From NCBI GenBank assembly GCA_963753065.1, contig CAVWAQ010000002.1, forward strand, positions 74,185 to 138,184: a stretch of 64,000 bases of DNA, given 5' to 3'. Numbering within the stretch: position 1 is the first letter of the stretch; every line of letters starts with the position of its first letter. The notes beneath the pieces are model-generated. The model was not told the DNA's origin. It saw nothing but the letters and a program-made list of their open reading frames with translations, and did not search any database. Origin of the DNA: Candidatus Bathyarchaeota archaeon. Lineage in GTDB: Archaea; Thermoproteota; Bathyarchaeia; 40CM-2-53-6. A program made the translations under genes and the position numbers. Positions 62,670-64,000 of the stretch are shown one piece after another.

Positions 62670-64000
62670 ATGCTCGGTATGCTTTCAATAATGGTGCTGC
62701 TTCCAATCGTTGGAGCACTCTTCGTCTTCCTGATTTCACGTGTAAGTGAGAAGGCGGCCAAGATACTTGGTCTTCTCATATCGATAACCACGGTGTTTCT
62801 TGCTTTGTTGATCTTTGCCGCGTACAGGCCTGAGCGTGCAGGGTTTCAGATGATCGAGACTTACTCCTGGGCCGAATCCTTCGGGCTTACGTTCACGCTC
62901 GGAATAGACGGCATAAGTTTGCCCTTGCTGATCATCTCAACACTCTTGACGACACTCTCAACAGCAGGATCATGGCGTGAGATCCGGTTCTCAGTAGGTC
63001 CCTACTATGCGCTCCTCCTGCTATTCCAAGGCTCGATAACTGGCGTTTTCACTTCACTCAATTTGATACTGTTCTACGTTTTCTGGGAACTCGTGCTCAT
63101 TCCCATGTTCTTCTTCATCGGGGTGTGGGGAGGACCGAGGAGGAAATACGCAGCCATGAAGTTCCTGATTTTCACTCACGTCGGGAGCACTATCATGCTC
63201 TTAGGATTCATTGGACTCTACGTTTACTCTCAACCTCACACGTTCGATTTCATTACATTGTCAAACCTGAGGTTACCGCTGCTTCTGCAGCTACCGATGG
63301 CCGTTGCGGTATTTTTCGGATTTGCCGTGAAACTTCCTGTGGTCCCGTTCCACACGTGGCTTCCGGACGCTCACGTCGAGGCGCCTGCTCCAATTAGCGT
63401 GTTGCTCGCAGGTCTCGTCCTGAAGATGGGTGGTTACGGTTTCATTCGCGTGATGTTGGGGCTGTTTCCCGAGGCTTCTCGCTTTCTCGAGCCTGTTCTG
63501 ATTGGACTGGCGGTGCTAACGATGTTCTATGGCGCTATTGTAGCCATGGTCCAGCAGGATCTGAAGCGTATGATCGCGTTGACGAGCATCAACCACATGG
63601 GCTATGTTCTCTTAGGGGCCTTCTCCTTCACAGCAATCGGGCTCTCCGGAGCCGTTTTTCAGATGTTCAATCACGCCTGTGCTATTGGAATGCTCTTTCT
63701 GATGTCGGGTGTGATACATCATCAAATGGGAACTAGGACCATCAGAGAGCTTTCAGGCTTCGGGCGAGCGATGCCCATCACTGCTTTTCTCCTAGTCCTG
63801 GGATCTCTGGGCGCGATGGGATTTCCCAGTCTCGCGAGCTTCATCAGCGAATACATGGTAATACTCTCAGCTATCAAAGCGAATTTGCTGCTTGCATTCG
63901 TAGTGCTTGTGCCTGCAATCACTGCTGGCTACTTCATGTGGATGCTCCGAAGAGTCCTGACAGGTCCCGTCGAGTCTCCACCCGGAAAGCGTGAAGCACC
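62670..64000 (+). CDS. nuoM: Complex I-like subunit M, second copy (3'-partial, not in ORF track)
   Basis: Read from ATG 62670: GIDGIS, FYVFWELVLIPMFF, KLPVVPFHTWLPDAHVEAP, LKMGGYG; open to the window end. Confidence 0.9.
   Translation, partial: MLGMLSIMVLLPIVGALFVFLISRVSEKAAKILGLLISITTVFLALLIFAAYRPERAGFQMIETYSWAESFGLTFTLGIDGISLPLLIISTLLTTLSTAGSWREIRFSVGPYYALLLLFQGSITGVFTSLNLILFYVFWELVLIPMFFFIGVWGGPRRKYAAMKFLIFTHVGSTIMLLGFIGLYVYSQPHTFDFITLSNLRLPLLLQLPMAVAVFFGFAVKLPVVPFHTWLPDAHVEAPAPISVLLAGLVLKMGGYGFIRVMLGLFPEASRFLEPVLIGLAVLTMFYGAIVAMVQQDLKRMIALTSINHMGYVLLGAFSFTAIGLSGAVFQMFNHACAIGMLFLMSGVIHHQMGTRTIRELSGFGRAMPITAFLLVLGSLGAMGFPSLASFISEYMVILSAIKANLLLAFVVLVPAITAGYFMWMLRRVLTGPVESPPGKREA

Overview
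Archaeal chromosome segment, inferred TACK-like and possibly Bathyarchaeia (TFB, aIF-1, pantoate kinase, archaeal TpiA, BHB-intron tRNA). Housekeeping blocks at ~1.6-12 kb and ~41.5-64 kb flank an accessory region at ~12-41 kb. Main observations: (1) a 5.7-kb non-autonomous casposon-derived element (17327-23013) with 75-bp TIRs, a 14-bp TSD at a tRNA-3'-end-like site, a casposase (Cas1) C-terminal remnant and metal-uptake/redox cargo; (2) a 928-aa protein fusing two Cdc48-type AAA modules to a Lon (S16) peptidase domain, coupled to a membrane protein; (3) a tRNA-Gln(CTG) with three introns next to a HEPN operon; (4) a 3.36-kb diverged tandem duplication; (5) a membrane-arm-only complex I-like operon with two NuoM and a lengthened NuoL lateral helix. 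Six genes carry single +1 frameshifts, most likely sequencing errors. All calls come from motif recognition by eye; no database searches were run.
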